64,000 nucleotides of DNA from Eledone cirrhosa (GCA_964016885.1 OZ024743.1:230082001-230146000), one strand, 5' to 3'. Shown: positions 40,510 through 55,844, counted from the first letter of the stretch. Numbers and translations: made by a program. The notes: generated from the sequence alone by a model not told the origin.

Positions 40510-41490
40510 GTTATTAGATGCAGAACTTTTGGAATGTTTTACATTTTTTACTGTTCCATGAATAGGTTATTTTTACTGTTCCATGGATTGTACTTGTAAT
40601 TTCCTAACTAGTCGTGTTCATTCTGTTTCTTTGAAGTAAGCTTCTCAAGATTTGTACTGAGAGAGTTACTAACATATCCTAGTGCCCCACTAATCACAGG
40701 TATAAATCGGAAGGTATGGTCAGAGTGGAGTATCTGCAGATTTATCATTAGTTCTGCATAGTTATTCTCCTTTTCGCTAATATTTAATATTATATTGTCA
40801 TCTGCTGGGCAGCTAACTTCCATTACTGTACAGGCCTTCTTTTCCCTGTCCCATATCATTATATCAGGCTTATTATGCATGCATTTTATTGGGGTTTTGA
40901 CTGGAATATAGGTAGAAAGTACCGTGATAACATCTTTGGACAGCTGCTTATGACATGAGTGACATCTTCCATGTTAATTCTGCAGAGTCTGCATTTCTTG
41001 ATACATTTAGGTGTTATGCCTGCATCCCTATCACATTTGTGAATCAGGTATTTTGTGTTGATTTCCTGTTCTTGGATTGTAAAACATACCTTTTATAGTG
41101 GGAGTTAATATAGTGGTTGTTGACCCAAGGCAGTCTTGTTTGCTTTTCTATATGACTTTTTGATGATAAGCATGCAGTTTTTCATCCATCGATTCGCTGC
41201 GGTATTACTGGGCAAGTTCCCTGAGTGTGAGTTTTTGCTTATCATGCAGACTATCTTTCAAGGAGGTCCTTTCCAACTCTCATAATCCTATCTGTCTCAT
41301 GCAGAGAGACTCGTTCAATAGATGGGCTTCTAGGCTTGGAGCTTAGTAAATGTTGTCGGAGAGATATGATGCGACACTGAAATGCTGCTGTCTGGACCGA
41401 TGTTAGGCCTCTGCCTCCCTGCTTACGTTTCAAGTAGAGGCGATATATGTCACTGTTGGTGTGGAAGTTTCCAGTGTTGTTTAGAATTTT
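40510..41490 (-). mobile_element. R4-like (restriction-like endonuclease) non-LTR retrotransposon 3' fragment, decayed
   Basis: LYLKRKQGGRGL, IQEQEINTKYL, CRLC..EDVTHVISSC zinc finger, and HNKPDIMIWD..MEVSCP..K..Y..PVISGALG RLE motifs. Confidence 0.85.
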
Positions 41491-41589
41491 TTGATGTGTG
41501 TATGTGTTATATCAGAGTTTTCCTTCCCCTAGAATTCTGCCTTGACAAAGGCTAAGGGGTCATCTCTCCCGGTGATTTTGGATGGCCAT

Positions 41590-41880
41590 TGGCTTTGTGC
41601 AGTGCCTTTGCTCACTATAAAAGCTTCACGGCACAGGCATTGCTTTATATCTGGAGATCTGTCTGCACTTGTCGTCACAAGGTACCATGGGCCCAGCACT
41701 ATATGTCAATAATTGTCACAAGTGTAGTGTTTGTAACATAGTTTTCAAGTCGCTGGCTGGACTAAAAAGTCACACTCGTTCAGCGCATCAGTAGGAGTTC
41801 TCCTACATGGATATAAAGTAGTGACCGTACTCGATAACGAGTTGGCAACCACCATGTATGTATGTATGTATGTATGTATA
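41590..41880 (+). mobile_element. LINE (RTE-like) 3' end with C2H2 finger and (ATGT)n tail
   Basis: 41714-41794 reads CHKCSVCNIVFKSLAGLKSHTRSAHQ*, then a short UTR with CTCG ataa CGAG hairpin and (ATGT)n. Confidence 0.6.
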
Positions 41881-42686
41881 TATATGTTCTTTGCCGTAAT
41901 TCGGGAGGAGAAATCAAACTTATTTGGTTTGATGATGAGGCTAAGATAGGACAAGCCAAATAATGTGCCCATTGTGGAGATAAGGGCAAGTATCACGCAG
42001 TCCTAATTATTACATATTTGAGGAAGACCATGTCAGAGACGGTGGGGATTACATGTTTTAACGAGTTGGTGGAGTATCGAAAGCCGAAAACCTGAATGCT
42101 ACAAAGATCTTCACCTGACCTCATCTAATCACCGCGATAATGTAATCACAGTTATGATGTATGAAGAAACCCACCAAATAGCTATGCACATATATTCAGA
42201 TTTGAAGAAATTTGATGCATTTTACGTAAGAGTATTGTCTATATTTCCACTTAACTGTAATTAACACAAATGTAAAAACATATCACTAAACCTCAGTCTA
42301 ATTCTACTTCTCTCTCACTCTTTTCTATGTAAGTATGTACACATACATATACACATATACACATATGTATGTACATATCAGTGTGTGCGTGATAAGGTGT
42401 AATGGAAGCCTGTGTGTGACGTATTAAAGTTATCATTTCTGTTTCTTTGAGTGTTTTAGTCATCACGATTAAAAAATACAAATCTGTCAAATGTGGCGTC
42501 AGCTAACGCCAAACAATTATATGACAGTTGCCAACACATATAAGTAAATACATGCACGCCAACACATATACACTTATATAATTAAATACTAATACACAAA
42601 TACTCGCATATTCACGTACACATGTATACAATATATAATATAACATATTATACATACATGTGAATATGCGAGTATTTGTGTGTGTG

Positions 42687-42743
<57 letters not shown>

Positions 42744-42794
42744 AGAGAGAGAGAGAGAGAGAGAGTGAGAGAGAGATGGGAGAGAGAGAGATAG

Positions 42795-42870
<76 letters not shown>

Positions 42871-43159
42871 TGAGAGAGATGTGTGTGTGTGTTTGTGTGT
42901 TTATTATTTTATTCTTGTTTTGCTTTCTTTCTTACGAATGTAGTACATGCCTCTAGTGTGTTGTGGTACAAACGAGATCTAATTTTTATTTCAAAAAATC
43001 ATTATTTCTAAGAATCTACTTCTATGTTCTATATGACTGTTCATTTCTCACCTTACGTCGATTGATATTTCGATTCTTAAGTAGGTACTTCGAGTTCAAA
43101 AAGTTGAATAAAATAACTTAAATCCGTTTTTTTTTCGTTGTGTTGTAATGTTATCTCAT

Positions 43160-43356
43160 ATGGGGTCAGGTGCATCAATTTGTGATGAGGGTCAATGAAG
43201 TCGACCATAGTATGTGACGGGTACTCTATTTTATCGACCTCGAATTGATGAAAGTGTTCGTTAGCAACGGTGGTATTTTAACTTGTAAAGGGCCGTAACT
43301 AAATCCCACAAAGTATTTTGTCCTAAACTTTAATGATCCTACCAATCAGCCGCCCT
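43160..43356 (-). mobile_element. tRNA-derived SINE, decayed
   Basis: Reverse complement resembles 50179-50330 (GGCGGCTGATTGGTAG..TTTCATC..GTCGATAAAATAGAGTACC). Confidence 0.6.
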
Positions 43357-45559
43357 AACATTGATAATTACTGAAATGAATTATGAAAAGAAAAAGATGG
43401 AAAATTGCCGATTTCCTGAGGAACCAGAATTTTAAATCAAAATTCATAGAGTTGGATCTGATGTCACGAAGCACCAGGTTTAACACGCTAACAAACTTGA
43501 CAATTTACCACTCCTGGTTGAGCGGTAATGTTTACCGCGACAGGGTTTGAACTTAGAGCGCAGAGAGCCGGAACAAGTGCCAGAGCATATAATTCGATGC
43601 TCTTACGGCTCAGTCAAATCGGCCGATAATATACGGCGGAAATAGTTGAAACCAAAAGAAAATAGTGAGGCGAAAGTAAAATATATTGTGATAAAGTCTT
43701 CTAAGACTGACACTGTAATAGCTTAAAATAAACAGCTACATATGCCAGAAAAGTAGAGATGGTCATGTTTGAAATGCATTTGATAATTATTAGGGCGTCT
43801 GAGAGCGGACCCTGGAGCCAGGCAGCAATAGGATAATTACCATGTCTTGCCACTGTGGGTTTACTTTCTCACTCTACAGTTTTGACAAATGAAAAACCTT
43901 AAATCACTTACTTCAATTGAAACGGTTAACAATCTCTTTGGAGATGATGTGTTGAAGGCAAAGTTGGTTCTTGTTGGTAATAGCATCGTGCACGCAAACA
44001 CGCAATATTACAAGTAAAAACCATTTTCATCATAATCAACATAACACTTTTTATCCCCATCCTCACCCTCGGCTTCATCATCACCACCATTATCATCATC
44101 ATCGTTATAAACAAGATCCTGATGTTCACCACCACCATCAGTAACATCAACTATTACGCCACCTCTTCACTCTCCTCCTATTCAATATATTAGTCATTTT
44201 CACACTATCACTATCATCATTACCAACGCCAATATTATTACATCATCAACATAAGCATCATTATCCTCAAAATACTACAAATATCACCATCATTTTGATC
44301 ATCATCATCGCCATCGATATTTGCAGTAAGAAACTATTTTTGTTGTTTAGCTTGAGGTAAGGCTAGGTTGAGCAGACGATGACCAACAGAGTTCTAGGTC
44401 TGACTAAGTTCTAGGTGGTTCCAAACCAGAGTTCTGTAGAACCCTGTGAGTCTGAAATGGTGTTAGTGGAGCCCCGTGAGAGAGGTTCAAATGTTAAATA
44501 ACTAGTTTAAAAAAGGACATACACTACTGGATATCCTTTCTTCTCAAAGCACAGATATTTGTATCTAATGTTACTTATAACAGTATAAAAATCTAGGAAG
44601 CGAGTAATTCTAGTGGAATGGAAGACAGGAGAAATTTTAATCTATATAAAACAAATAATCCTTGGTAGAGAAACGGTCAGTAACCACAGCGGTAGGATGT
44701 AATTCAAGTGAGTTTTGGCTGCTATGTCTAACGAAGTGAGTGCTTTTGTAGAATCTTCCTGGTTAGCTTGTGAGAAAATTGATTGGAACCGAACTGGTGT
44801 TAGAAATTAGATTACAAAATCCAAAACTTTCGGCAGAAATTTAAATTGTGATGTTGAATCCGATGTAAAACTCCCAACGGATTCTTACAGCGTGCCACGA
44901 CCCATTTATTTTGTATGATTCAACGCAAATTACTCAATGGTTTTCGTTCGAAATTATCTTTGTTGAAGCCTTGCATTTGTTTAGCCCCAGGTCAGAATAA
45001 TCCAGAAAATGTATGATCAAATGCTTTCTAGCATTGACATTTCCATATGCTTTCCCAACGCAGTACATCTGGGACTACTTTATCCAAAGCACTATTTCAT
45101 TATTAAGACTACCGTAGTAATGTAATTTGAAATGTATATGACTGCTATTTCTAGCAAGTTCGTCAACTATAGACAGGCGCTATCTTTTAGCACGATTAAT
45201 CAATGTTCACTTTACATGTAATATGGTTATTGTTAACTAGGTGATGGATATGTTCTCACCAAACAGAATCTCTCTGATGATTTCTATGCTTTCTGTAATT
45301 TCAGTAATATATCAATAGTGTATTTAAAGGCAACTATAATAAATTTGTTTGTCTCATTTACAATAATTGGTGTTTAGAAGGAAAAAATCTGTTGCTTTCT
45401 ACCAATCGACATCGAATAAATACATTCATACAAGTATAAATACATACACATGTACATACATACATTCATAAACATGTAATACATACATATATACATACAG
45501 ATGTACATACATATGTACGCAAATGCATCTGTATTAGAAGTCCGTCAATTCTGCCGACC

Positions 45560-45840
45560 TTTTGATTCAAACAGCGCAAAATATGCTAGTGAAATTAATG
45601 GGCTCATGGAATAGCATTCCACAGAAACGTATACCTTTAACTTATTTCTCAGGGAGATTCAGTGCAACACAATGTGTATCAAGGCTGACATTTTTGAATT
45701 ACAGGAACAATTGATTTATGATTGTTGTGTGGAGTGAAGTGAAATAAAGTGTCGTGCGCAAGGACAACACACACCCTCCTAGGAATTGAACTCATGGATT
45801 AGAAATCGTGCGACCAACACCCTTACCACTAACCTACGCG
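45560..45840 (-). mobile_element. Second tRNA-derived SINE family, decayed (related pieces at 51887-51995 +, 53060-53225 -, 53690-53980 -)
   Basis: A/B-box-like head (TAGTGGTAAGG..GAGTTCAATTCC), with CTTTATTTC and CCTGTAATTCAAA body motifs shared among copies. Confidence 0.55.
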
Positions 45841-46360
45841 CATTCACACGCAAATATGCATACACACAAACATAAATTCCTATATCGGGACAAGCTTACC
45901 TGTCAACACCATACAAAGTACATACTCTTGAACTCAAGCAAACACACACACACACTCACACACATACAAACGCACACACACAAGCACAAACACAAACACA
46001 CACACGCGCATAAATTCAAATATCAGGACAAGCTTACCTATCAACACCATACAAAACACACACACACACACACACCTCCACACACACAGATACACGTACA
46101 CATATATACACACACATACACCGGCATCAAATTCTAAGCTATCATGTTCTGAAACAAAATGATAAAACATCGTGTTTGAAGATTTTGTCCAAGATTGAAA
46201 TACATTTGTCATATATGTTCGTGACTAACTTGATATAGACATTAATATATACATATTGTTGACTGATAGCATGTTGTGTGTGTGTGATCGGCTGTGTGCC
46301 TGTGTGTGCGTGTGTGTGTGCTTGTATATATATATGTATATGTCTGTATGTATATCTCTG

Positions 46361-46431
<71 letters not shown>

Positions 46432-46435
46432 GTAT

Positions 46436-46625
46436 AGAGCAAACATCACGGGCGCTCTATCTCAAAATTATTTTTGAAAAGCATTAGAAATGCGCAACCG
46501 GTAAAAACTTATAACTAAAACTGAATACTAACCAATACTTATTACTAATTTTTGCTTATTCCTAATTAAACTATTTTTCACTGGGAACAATTTGTCAGCA
46601 TTTTCCTTTCCTTTTACCAATGTAT
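46436..46625 (+). mobile_element. PLE pseudo-LTR fragment with U3-A8/GCAA hammerhead variant (46471-46506)
   Basis: TTT-TTGAAAA-GCAT tagaa ATGC-GCAAC-CG-GTA-AAA; (TA)n on both sides; homolog at 9975-10182. Confidence 0.65.
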
Positions 46626-46682
46626 ATATGTATATATATATATATATACATATGTATATATATAGATATATGTATACACATA

Positions 46683-46714
<32 letters not shown>

Positions 46715-46792
46715 CTCATATATATGTATATATATATACTTATATATATATATGTATATATATGTATATATATATATGTATATACATATATT

Positions 46793-46858
<66 letters not shown>

Positions 46859-46938
46859 TACATACAGATATATACATACAGATATATATATATACAAACA
46901 CACACACACATATATATGTATATGTATTTATATATATA

Positions 46939-46983
<45 letters not shown>

Positions 46984-47422
46984 GGTGTGTGTGTGTGTAT
47001 GTATATGTACTTTTGTGTGAAAGCGTGTTTTCCTTTTTATGTATGAAAGAAATTGGGTTCCCGTAATTTGATAAACTGACAAAAACATGCCTTGATAGAG
47101 GAATTTTATACATTTATAGCAGACGACTATGATATGTAAACAAGTATACATATAATAGATACGCAAACATGAGCACACTCACATACACACGTAGACACGG
47201 TGGCGTGCAGACAAATATACGCAAACACCTATGCAGAGACTCATACACATAGAAGAACATTAAAGCGCAAACACACACCAGCAAATATGTATGTATACTT
47301 CCACTTGCACACACATACACGCTCCCACCCACATACAGACATATTAAGTCAGAATATAGCAGTAAGTTCTCCGTCATTTCATAGACAGACACCTACACGT
47401 GCACGTACACACATCAATCTAG

Positions 47423-47512
<90 letters not shown>

Positions 47513-47523
47513 CTCTCTCTCTC

Positions 47524-47562
<39 letters not shown>

Positions 47563-47567
<5 letters not shown>

Positions 47568-48007
47568 GAGAGACTTTGAAGCGTGGAAAATGTAAGAATG
47601 GAGAATAGAGGAAAAACAAACCGCGTGATGTGATGTCGATTATATGATATTGTGAAAAGGAGCCCGCATGATACAGTCTTTAGAACACGGTTTGTTTTTC
47701 CTCTATTCTCCATTCTTACATTTTCCACGCTTCAAAGTCCTTTTCTTTGGCTATGCTCTTGTGCACTTTCCCTCCCTTTTTTTCAATCGACGTACTTGGG
47801 ATGTTTTTTCTTCTATATCTGTAAGATTAGCCTAAATGCATAACTTGTCTTAACCTGTTTTGCTATGTCCCAATGTGCAATTGAATGAACGGCATCAACC
47901 TTAATTATCGGCCCCGAAGTGATTTCCAGAGTTTGACTGAGGAGATAAAAACGTTTTTCGTTTGCTTTTCTCCCTTGTCTTTCTCTTATGCGCTCCCCAT
48001 TTTCAAT
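47563..48007. repeat. (TA)n-bounded insert with inverted arms 47572-47626 / 47685-47739
   Basis: ~55 bp inverted repeat; no intact HHR seen. Confidence 0.6.
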
Positions 48008-48720
<713 letters not shown>

Positions 48721-48836
48721 AATCTTTAAACACAACATCCAGCGAACGACATTTTATGCTATTGAATGACCTGTAAGAAATAGCAGCTGCATTTCCTTCT
48801 AATACACACACGCACACATACACACATCCCCCCCCC

Positions 48837-48883
<47 letters not shown>

Positions 48884-49485
48884 TATATGTGTATATGTAT
48901 GTATTTCTTTGCAAGATCTTTGATGAGAAATCGTGAGTTGAAAGAGATATTGTTATATTTGGAAATGGTTATTTTGCCCTGAAAACATCATACAAACCAT
49001 TTGACATTCAGCTTTAATATTATTGAATATTGGTAATCCTATCAAAGTGTTTTCGTCACACATTCTGTGACCTGCTTGGCGACTTTTTATTCTTCACTTT
49101 TTTCTGGCCTTATTTTGTTTACTCTATCTGGATTTTCTGTCAGAGTTGTTTGCAATAAATAGCTTATAGCTTAGAAAATTTGCTAAGGACCATCTATAGA
49201 CGGAGAAATAGTTGGCAGCGTATGCTACGAAGAATCGAACTCCATATCTTTGCGATGTAGATTGATTCACGATTGACCTGGACCTAGACGACAGGAGCTG
49301 ACATAGCGCTAAACGTCATCAATCTCAGCACGTTTACAACAGTAAAAATGGCGACGACAACAATACCAAAAAACAACCGCAGCAACAAACAGTCAACAAA
49401 AACAGCTTTGTCTCATAACAATTGTGTTATCATAAACTCCACCCACATGATTTGAGAAGGACGACACCAGCGACAATAATAAAAC

Positions 49486-49511
49486 TGATGATGATGGTGA
49501 CGATGAGGATG

Positions 49512-49543
<32 letters not shown>

Positions 49544-49551
49544 GATAATGG

Positions 49552-49582
<31 letters not shown>

Positions 49583-49605
49583 GATGATAATGTTGATGTT
49601 GATGA
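49486..49605. repeat. (GAT)n microsatellite
   Basis: Direct inspection. Confidence 0.9.
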
Positions 49606-50178
49606 ATTCTTTTATTTGCCACAAGGACAGCAGATGTAGACGTCACGATTACAATTTACAGCATGTGGGTGGAGTTTATATGGAAATGAAGAAAAGAAAA
49701 TAATAACTTCTTTATCTGCAATAAGAGCAGTACACCCAGCCTATATTATTTAAATAGAGGGGCCAAGACAAAACATTCGGTGGTGAGTACATAAATCTTG
49801 AATGTATAAGGGAGTAAGGAAGAGTAATAATATGTTGGGTGGGTGTTTGTTATTCTGTGTCATCCAGGTGGAAGAGACGAGACAATATTCTGCTGGTGTC
49901 AAATAATGGTGACATTGCTGGTGGTGGTAGTGTTGGGAAGTCGATTGTTATGGGGGACTTGCGGTGGTAGTGGGTTGATGGAAGACGAGATTGGTGGCGG
50001 GGGAGATGGGACTAGTTGTGGTATTTTTGTGTGTGTCAAGAACATCCAGCACAGTCAGGGTGGGACATTGATGGTGTGGAGTGAGAGATGTGGTGAAGCG
50101 AAACGAAGTGTTTAACATCAGCAACATATACATTTACAAGTGTCTGCCATCATATATTACTATTCACTATTACTCAAG

Positions 50179-50372
50179 GGCGGTGAATTGGCAGTATCGG
50201 TAGAGGGTCGGGCGCCATGCTTTCCAGCATAGTTACGTCCCTTTACGGTCTGAGTTCAAATCCCGTCGAGGTTAACTTTTCCTTTCATCCTTACGGAGTC
50301 GATAAAATAAAGTACCAGTGATGTACTGATTTATTGCTGGCCTTGTGCCAAAAGAAGAAACACCTATTATTA
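50179..50372 (+). mobile_element. tRNA-derived cephalopod-type SINE
   Basis: GGCGGTGAATTGGCAG..CTGAGTTCAAATCCCGTCGAGGTTAACTTTTCCTTTCATCC..GTCGATAAAATAAAGTACCAGT, with an (ATT)n end. Confidence 0.75.
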
Positions 50373-51010
50373 TTCAACCAACACTTAAAGGCTATGCTAA
50401 ACACCATCACTGCCATTCAACTTCATCATCATTATCATCACCATCACCATTAACATCGTAGTCATCACCACCATCATCTCCTCTTTGCACCGCCGGCCCC
50501 ATTACTTTGTCAACATTACTATCTACAACATCCCCACTATCACCTGAATTATCACCATTGCACTGATTTACACTCGCATCGTCCATAAACCCAGGATACC
50601 AACATTTTCAATATCGCTACGCCTAACATTTTGTCCAAAAGTTCTGAAAACACAAGTACTGTGTGTTACAATTACTCTCATTCGCGCTTTATAGGTATTA
50701 ATCCACAGTCTGTTGAGGTATGTTTCTTTAATTACCAAGTAGCATTGTCGGGTATACGGTTGTCAGATTCGGATAGAAGTAGGTATGTCAATTGACGGAT
50801 GGGCAGTATCGCATGTATGAGGGATGATTAAGTAAATAGTTGAGCGGCTAAAGTAAAAGGAACATATAATAGTAAACGGGTAGTCGGGAAGCAGTTTCAG
50901 TTAATTGCGGGTAGAAAGACAAGGGAATGCTGATGTTGTGGGCCCATTCAATACTGGGTGGTTTAATTTAAGATATAAAAGGGATGGTATTTCGCCTCAA
51001 TGAAGTGGAA

Positions 51011-51267
51011 TAAAGAATATTTCTTCTAATTTTCTTGATTCAAAATTTCATATTGAACTGTATTTATAAACAAGTAGAGAAAAAAGAAAATAGTTATAAA
51101 TATATGCATTGATGAAACTGAGGGTATAGACTATATTAGAAAACACTTGCAAAAGTAAGCTTCTTAATTACACCCACAAGTGTTTATAACTATTTTCTTT
51201 TTTCTCTACTTGTTTATAAATACAGTTCAATATGAAATTTTGAATCAAGAAGATTAAAAGAAATATT

Positions 51268-51272
<5 letters not shown>
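51011..51272. repeat. Inverted repeat (51011-51100 / 51183-51272) ending in (TA)n
   Basis: ~90 bp near-perfect arms. Confidence 0.75.
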
Positions 51273-51329
<57 letters not shown>

Positions 51330-51333
<4 letters not shown>

Positions 51334-51680
51334 GTTTCTGAATTTGTTTAGCAAGATTCTTTATCTGAAATCGTGTGTTGAAACCGATATTGTTATACTT
51401 TGGGAGGGTCATGTTGCCAATAAGAAACACACAAAATGGCGTAGGATAGAAGAAAGGAAAGGCACAGAAACAAAGAAAGGAATCCCCAGTCACTGAAGAG
51501 GTCACAGAGTGTGTGACGAAAGGACTATGACTATATATAAACAACTATCTGGTTGTGGAACCAACCAACCAACCAGAAATTTATAAGTTTGTAAATTTAT
51601 AAATTTATAAATATATAATAAATTGAAGTGAAAGCAACTGGTGCGTGTTTCTTATTGGCAACATGACCCTCCCAAAGTAT

Positions 51681-51688
<8 letters not shown>
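51330..51688. mobile_element. Divergently inverted PLE pseudo-LTR insertion (arms 51387-51433 / 51642-51688)
   Basis: Bounded by (TA)n, with an internal HHR. Confidence 0.7.
51488..51532 (+). ncRNA. Minimal type I hammerhead, canonical core
   Basis: AGTCA-CTGAAGA-G GTCAC agagtgt GTGAC-GAAAG-GA-CTA-TGACT. Confidence 0.75.
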
Positions 51689-51733
<45 letters not shown>

Positions 51734-51818
51734 TGTGTGTGTGTGAGTCTGTGTGTGTGTGTGTGTGTATGTATGTGTGTGTGTGTATGTGTGTGTGTGT
51801 GTGTGTGTGTGCGTGCGC

Positions 51819-51883
<65 letters not shown>

Positions 51884-52794
51884 TACAGGCGCGTGGCTTA
51901 ACAACAGTTAGAGAATTGGATTCGCAATCGTGAAGTTGCGAGTGTGAAACCCTGACTTGGCAATGCGTTATGTCTTCGGCAAGACCCTTTATTTCGTGTT
52001 GCTTTTTCTGCGAGGAGTTGCGACTGGTACATTGCGTCAGCAACTGGAAAAACCAATGGAAACATAGCTTCCTTGACGACATCACCCCACTCGGTAAGCG
52101 GATGAGTTCTGGGAACACACATATATATATATGTGGGGGGGGGGGGGGTGATTGTGCTTGTTTGTGTATGAAGGGGGGGGGGATCATATGTGTGTATCTG
52201 TATTTATATTTTGTTTGTGTTGTGTGTCTCTTGCTTTCTTTGTTCCGTATTTTAGGAGCTCGAGAAAAGAAATTGATAAAATGCCAAATTTGAAATAGAA
52301 AAAAATTACTGGGAGTAATATGATGAGACTAATACATGGGAATGTCTCAGGCAAATACCAAAATATTAATATAATAAAGTATAGAATACTGGGGCATGAA
52401 ATGGACAGGGAGAAAACCCTCCACTGGATGGTACATTGTTGATTAAATATAACTGTATACCAATGGCCAGAATTTGATCAAAATTAAATTGAAACCGAAC
52501 CCGAGACCCTAAGTTATGCAGTGTTAAAGATAAGAAGAGATTTAGTTGAAGTAAAATGGAGGTTTGTACATATGATATTGAATGCTCGATAGCTGGGTAG
52601 ATAAACAACGATTTATCACTGTCCCTATTTAGACATAGGATACTGTTGAAACGCGCATGTGTGTGAGTCTGTGTTTGTGTGCGTGCGTGCAGAGAGACAT
52701 GTGCTCATGTCAGTGTGAAAATATATTTATTGTACGTGTTGGTGTGTTTGATATATGTATGTCATTAGGTGTACGTATGTTCAAGTATATGCTG

Positions 52795-52846
<52 letters not shown>

Positions 52847-54000
52847 AGAGAGAGAGAGATGGAGGTATATATGTGAGTGCTTTTGTGCTTGTGTCCATGT
52901 GTGTGTCCATGTGTGGTGATAGTCTTGCAATAAGCCATTGTTCATTGTTATACATTTCACACTGAGTTTTGTCATGAAAAATGTACTGAAGCTTCCTTTA
53001 TTGCTATCTCTGTTAATTTATTAATCTACCTACATACATACCTACCTGTCTGCCTACATTGAATGCCACTCCGTCGGTTTCGATGCTGAGGTTCTAGAAC
53101 AGCCTGCTCATAAAATTAGTCGAAGTTGTTGAGAATTCATGCCGCGTGAACCCTTAAAGTAATCAATAGGGAGATGCACTGCGGCATAGGATCTGATAAG
53201 GTTGGCACTTTGAATTACAGGTATACTCCATGTGACTGGCCTCTATCCATCTTCTCTCGCAATGGCAAGTTGAATCGAAACCACGATAATTGACACCAGA
53301 AGCTATGTAACTGACCTAGATACTAGTTATAGATGCGACAGCCATACGTATAGATAATAATATTTTGCGAGCTTAATTTAGCCTGCATCAGCGAAAGACT
53401 TTTTTACTATAAATATAAACAAACAAAATCGGCATACAAACCCTGAGAGACGTATGCCTAGTAGCTATGCTACTTTAACATCTACGGGAGAATGACCACT
53501 TATCCAGCAATCTTAATTCTTAACTATCACCTAGTGGATGAAAACAGAGACACAATCACACACTCACAAAAACATAAGCATGTGTAAAGGTGTGTGTATG
53601 TTTATATATGTGTGGGTGGGGGTGAGCATGACTGTCTGTATGAAGCATAGGCGAATGACTTAGAAGATCCCGTCGCTATTAAAATATGCTTGATGTTTCT
53701 TGAATAGGATTGAGTTTGGTTATAAATGTAGGGTACATGTTAATGACCACCTCCGTTTTCGGAAATTCCCCCCTCGTTACCCCACCGAAATTGTCGAATG
53801 GAAAGTCAAAGCCCCATACACCAGTCACGCCGAAACTCATCTTTACAGCGGTATGAACTGGAGCAGCATGAAATAAAAATGTCATGCTCGAAAGCACAAC
53901 GAACTATCCGACCCGAGAATCGAATTTACAATCTCAATATTGTGAATGCAACTCTCTAACAATTAGTTTACATTTCTTCACACATATCTATCTATCTATC

Positions 54001-55505
54001 GGACGCTGGACGGAAGGACCGGTAATGCTGCTCGGGGTCTGGTTTGGTCCTGACCTCCAGGTGGAGAAGAACTAGAACGAGGTGACGGCCAATGTGTTTG
54101 CGCTCACCCAGGAATGGGCCGAGTGCAAACTATCCTTGAAAGGTCGAGCGGAGGTGGCGAACACTTTTATAGCGCCCGTCATCTACTACCGCTTGACCGT
54201 TGTGCCTTGTCCAGCTAAAACGCTCACCAAAATGGAGCGCGCGCTCTTCCAATTGGAAGAAACGGGCTCCTTTGGTGAGAATTGGAAGAAACGGGCTCCT
54301 TTGGTGAGAAGATCGATCTGCTGCCAACACCCTTCAAACGGAGGGCTGGAGATGCCGTGGCTGACGATGTGCAAACACGCGCTCAGGCTGCGGCACCTCC
54401 ACGTATTCATCACCAGACAACCGGTGTGGGCCCCGTTCGTGAGGCGAGCCTTCCCACGACTTGTCTCGCTGACCGAGCTGCAGACCTGGGTCAAGCAAAG
54501 ACTGAGGAAAATGGGCGACTGGCACATTAAATGTGCTCAGGCGCTCGCAGTCCTCTGGCAAAGGGACCGGGCGATCAGTGGAGACTCCACTTCGACATTC
54601 TATAGAGGGTTGATCCGCAGCAAGTGCGACGACACGCTCGGAGAAACTCTAGGCGTAGAGGAGGACGAACTGGCCATTCTGTTCGGTAGGCCCATCCGCC
54701 CGTGACAAATGGACAACTTCCAAAAGTCCCTGGCCTGTCAGTGCTAATGACGAGCTCTACCAGTTCGAGACAAGCTCTACAGACACGGGCGCCCGGGTAG
54801 GGACCCTTCGAAAAAGATCTGTCCGAGATGCGTGCGCGACGAGGAAACCGTCGCACACGCATTTGTACACTGCCCGGGCGTTACCGACCTGTGGGCCTAT
54901 GTAGAACGACTATTGTCGCGGGTGGGACCAATCCAGTTGACCACCGAGTCCATTGTCATGAGCAAACCACCACCCTCCTTCAAAAACGAGGGAGAGGCGG
55001 TTTTCCTATGTGTTATGGCTATGGTGAAAGAGGTTATATGGTGGACGAGGTTAAAAGGGCTGAGGTCAGACACCTTTCTCTCCGGCGAGCAACTGATTTT
55101 TTCAAATATCATTTTCAAATATCATTTTCAGATATCTTTTTCAAATATCATTTTTGAAGAAGAATCAGGATGGAGAGAGAGATACTGTACCCCAGCAAAT
55201 TTTATAAAAGGTGGGTGAATGTGGCAAAGATGGCCCGAGTGGTTGGGCCTTCTCTCTATATAAGCCTGTAGGTTGAGGAAAAATAGGAAGAGAGGAAGGG
55301 AGTACTCACTCTTGGTGCTCCTGGAGATGAGGGTTGTACATTTTTCGGGGTGTGTAAAACCCCTGTGTAACACCTCCCCTCTATTGGGGATTTCAATTTT
55401 TATTTGTTGTTTTATTAATAGTTTTATTTTCATATACCTGTATGTAAACTCCCCATTTGTATTTGTCCCCTTCTTTTGTGCCCTTGTGGCTAATAAAGAA
55501 ATTTA

Positions 55506-55510
<5 letters not shown>
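54001..55510 (+). mobile_element. 5'-truncated, decayed Tx1/L1-clade LINE, different subfamily
   Basis: GRWTEGPVMLLGVWFGPDLQ..., CPRC..ETVAHAFVHC; 3' UTR hairpin; ends AATAAAGAAATTTATCTAT. Confidence 0.9.
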
Positions 55511-55560
<50 letters not shown>

Positions 55561-55595
55561 GACATACATACATACATACATACAAACATACATAC

Positions 55596-55627
<32 letters not shown>

Positions 55628-55671
55628 TTATATATATTTATATATATACATATATATATATATATACACAT

Positions 55672-55726
<55 letters not shown>

Positions 55727-55844
55727 TTGAAAAAAATGAAAACGAAATTTCATTTCTCACTCTTAGTATGGCACTTACTTAAATGTAAGTATGTATGTAT
55801 ACGTACATACATATATGTATACAGACGTACAGTAGCATGCATGC

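Noticed and set aside
43905-43990. Minus-strand donor GTAAGT with a short open frame
   Set aside because: No convincing acceptor or recognisable peptide.
53708-53850. Apparent plus-strand exon (AG...GT, two open frames)
   Set aside because: Lies within the body of a decayed minus-strand SINE, judged by motif similarity; no recognisable protein.
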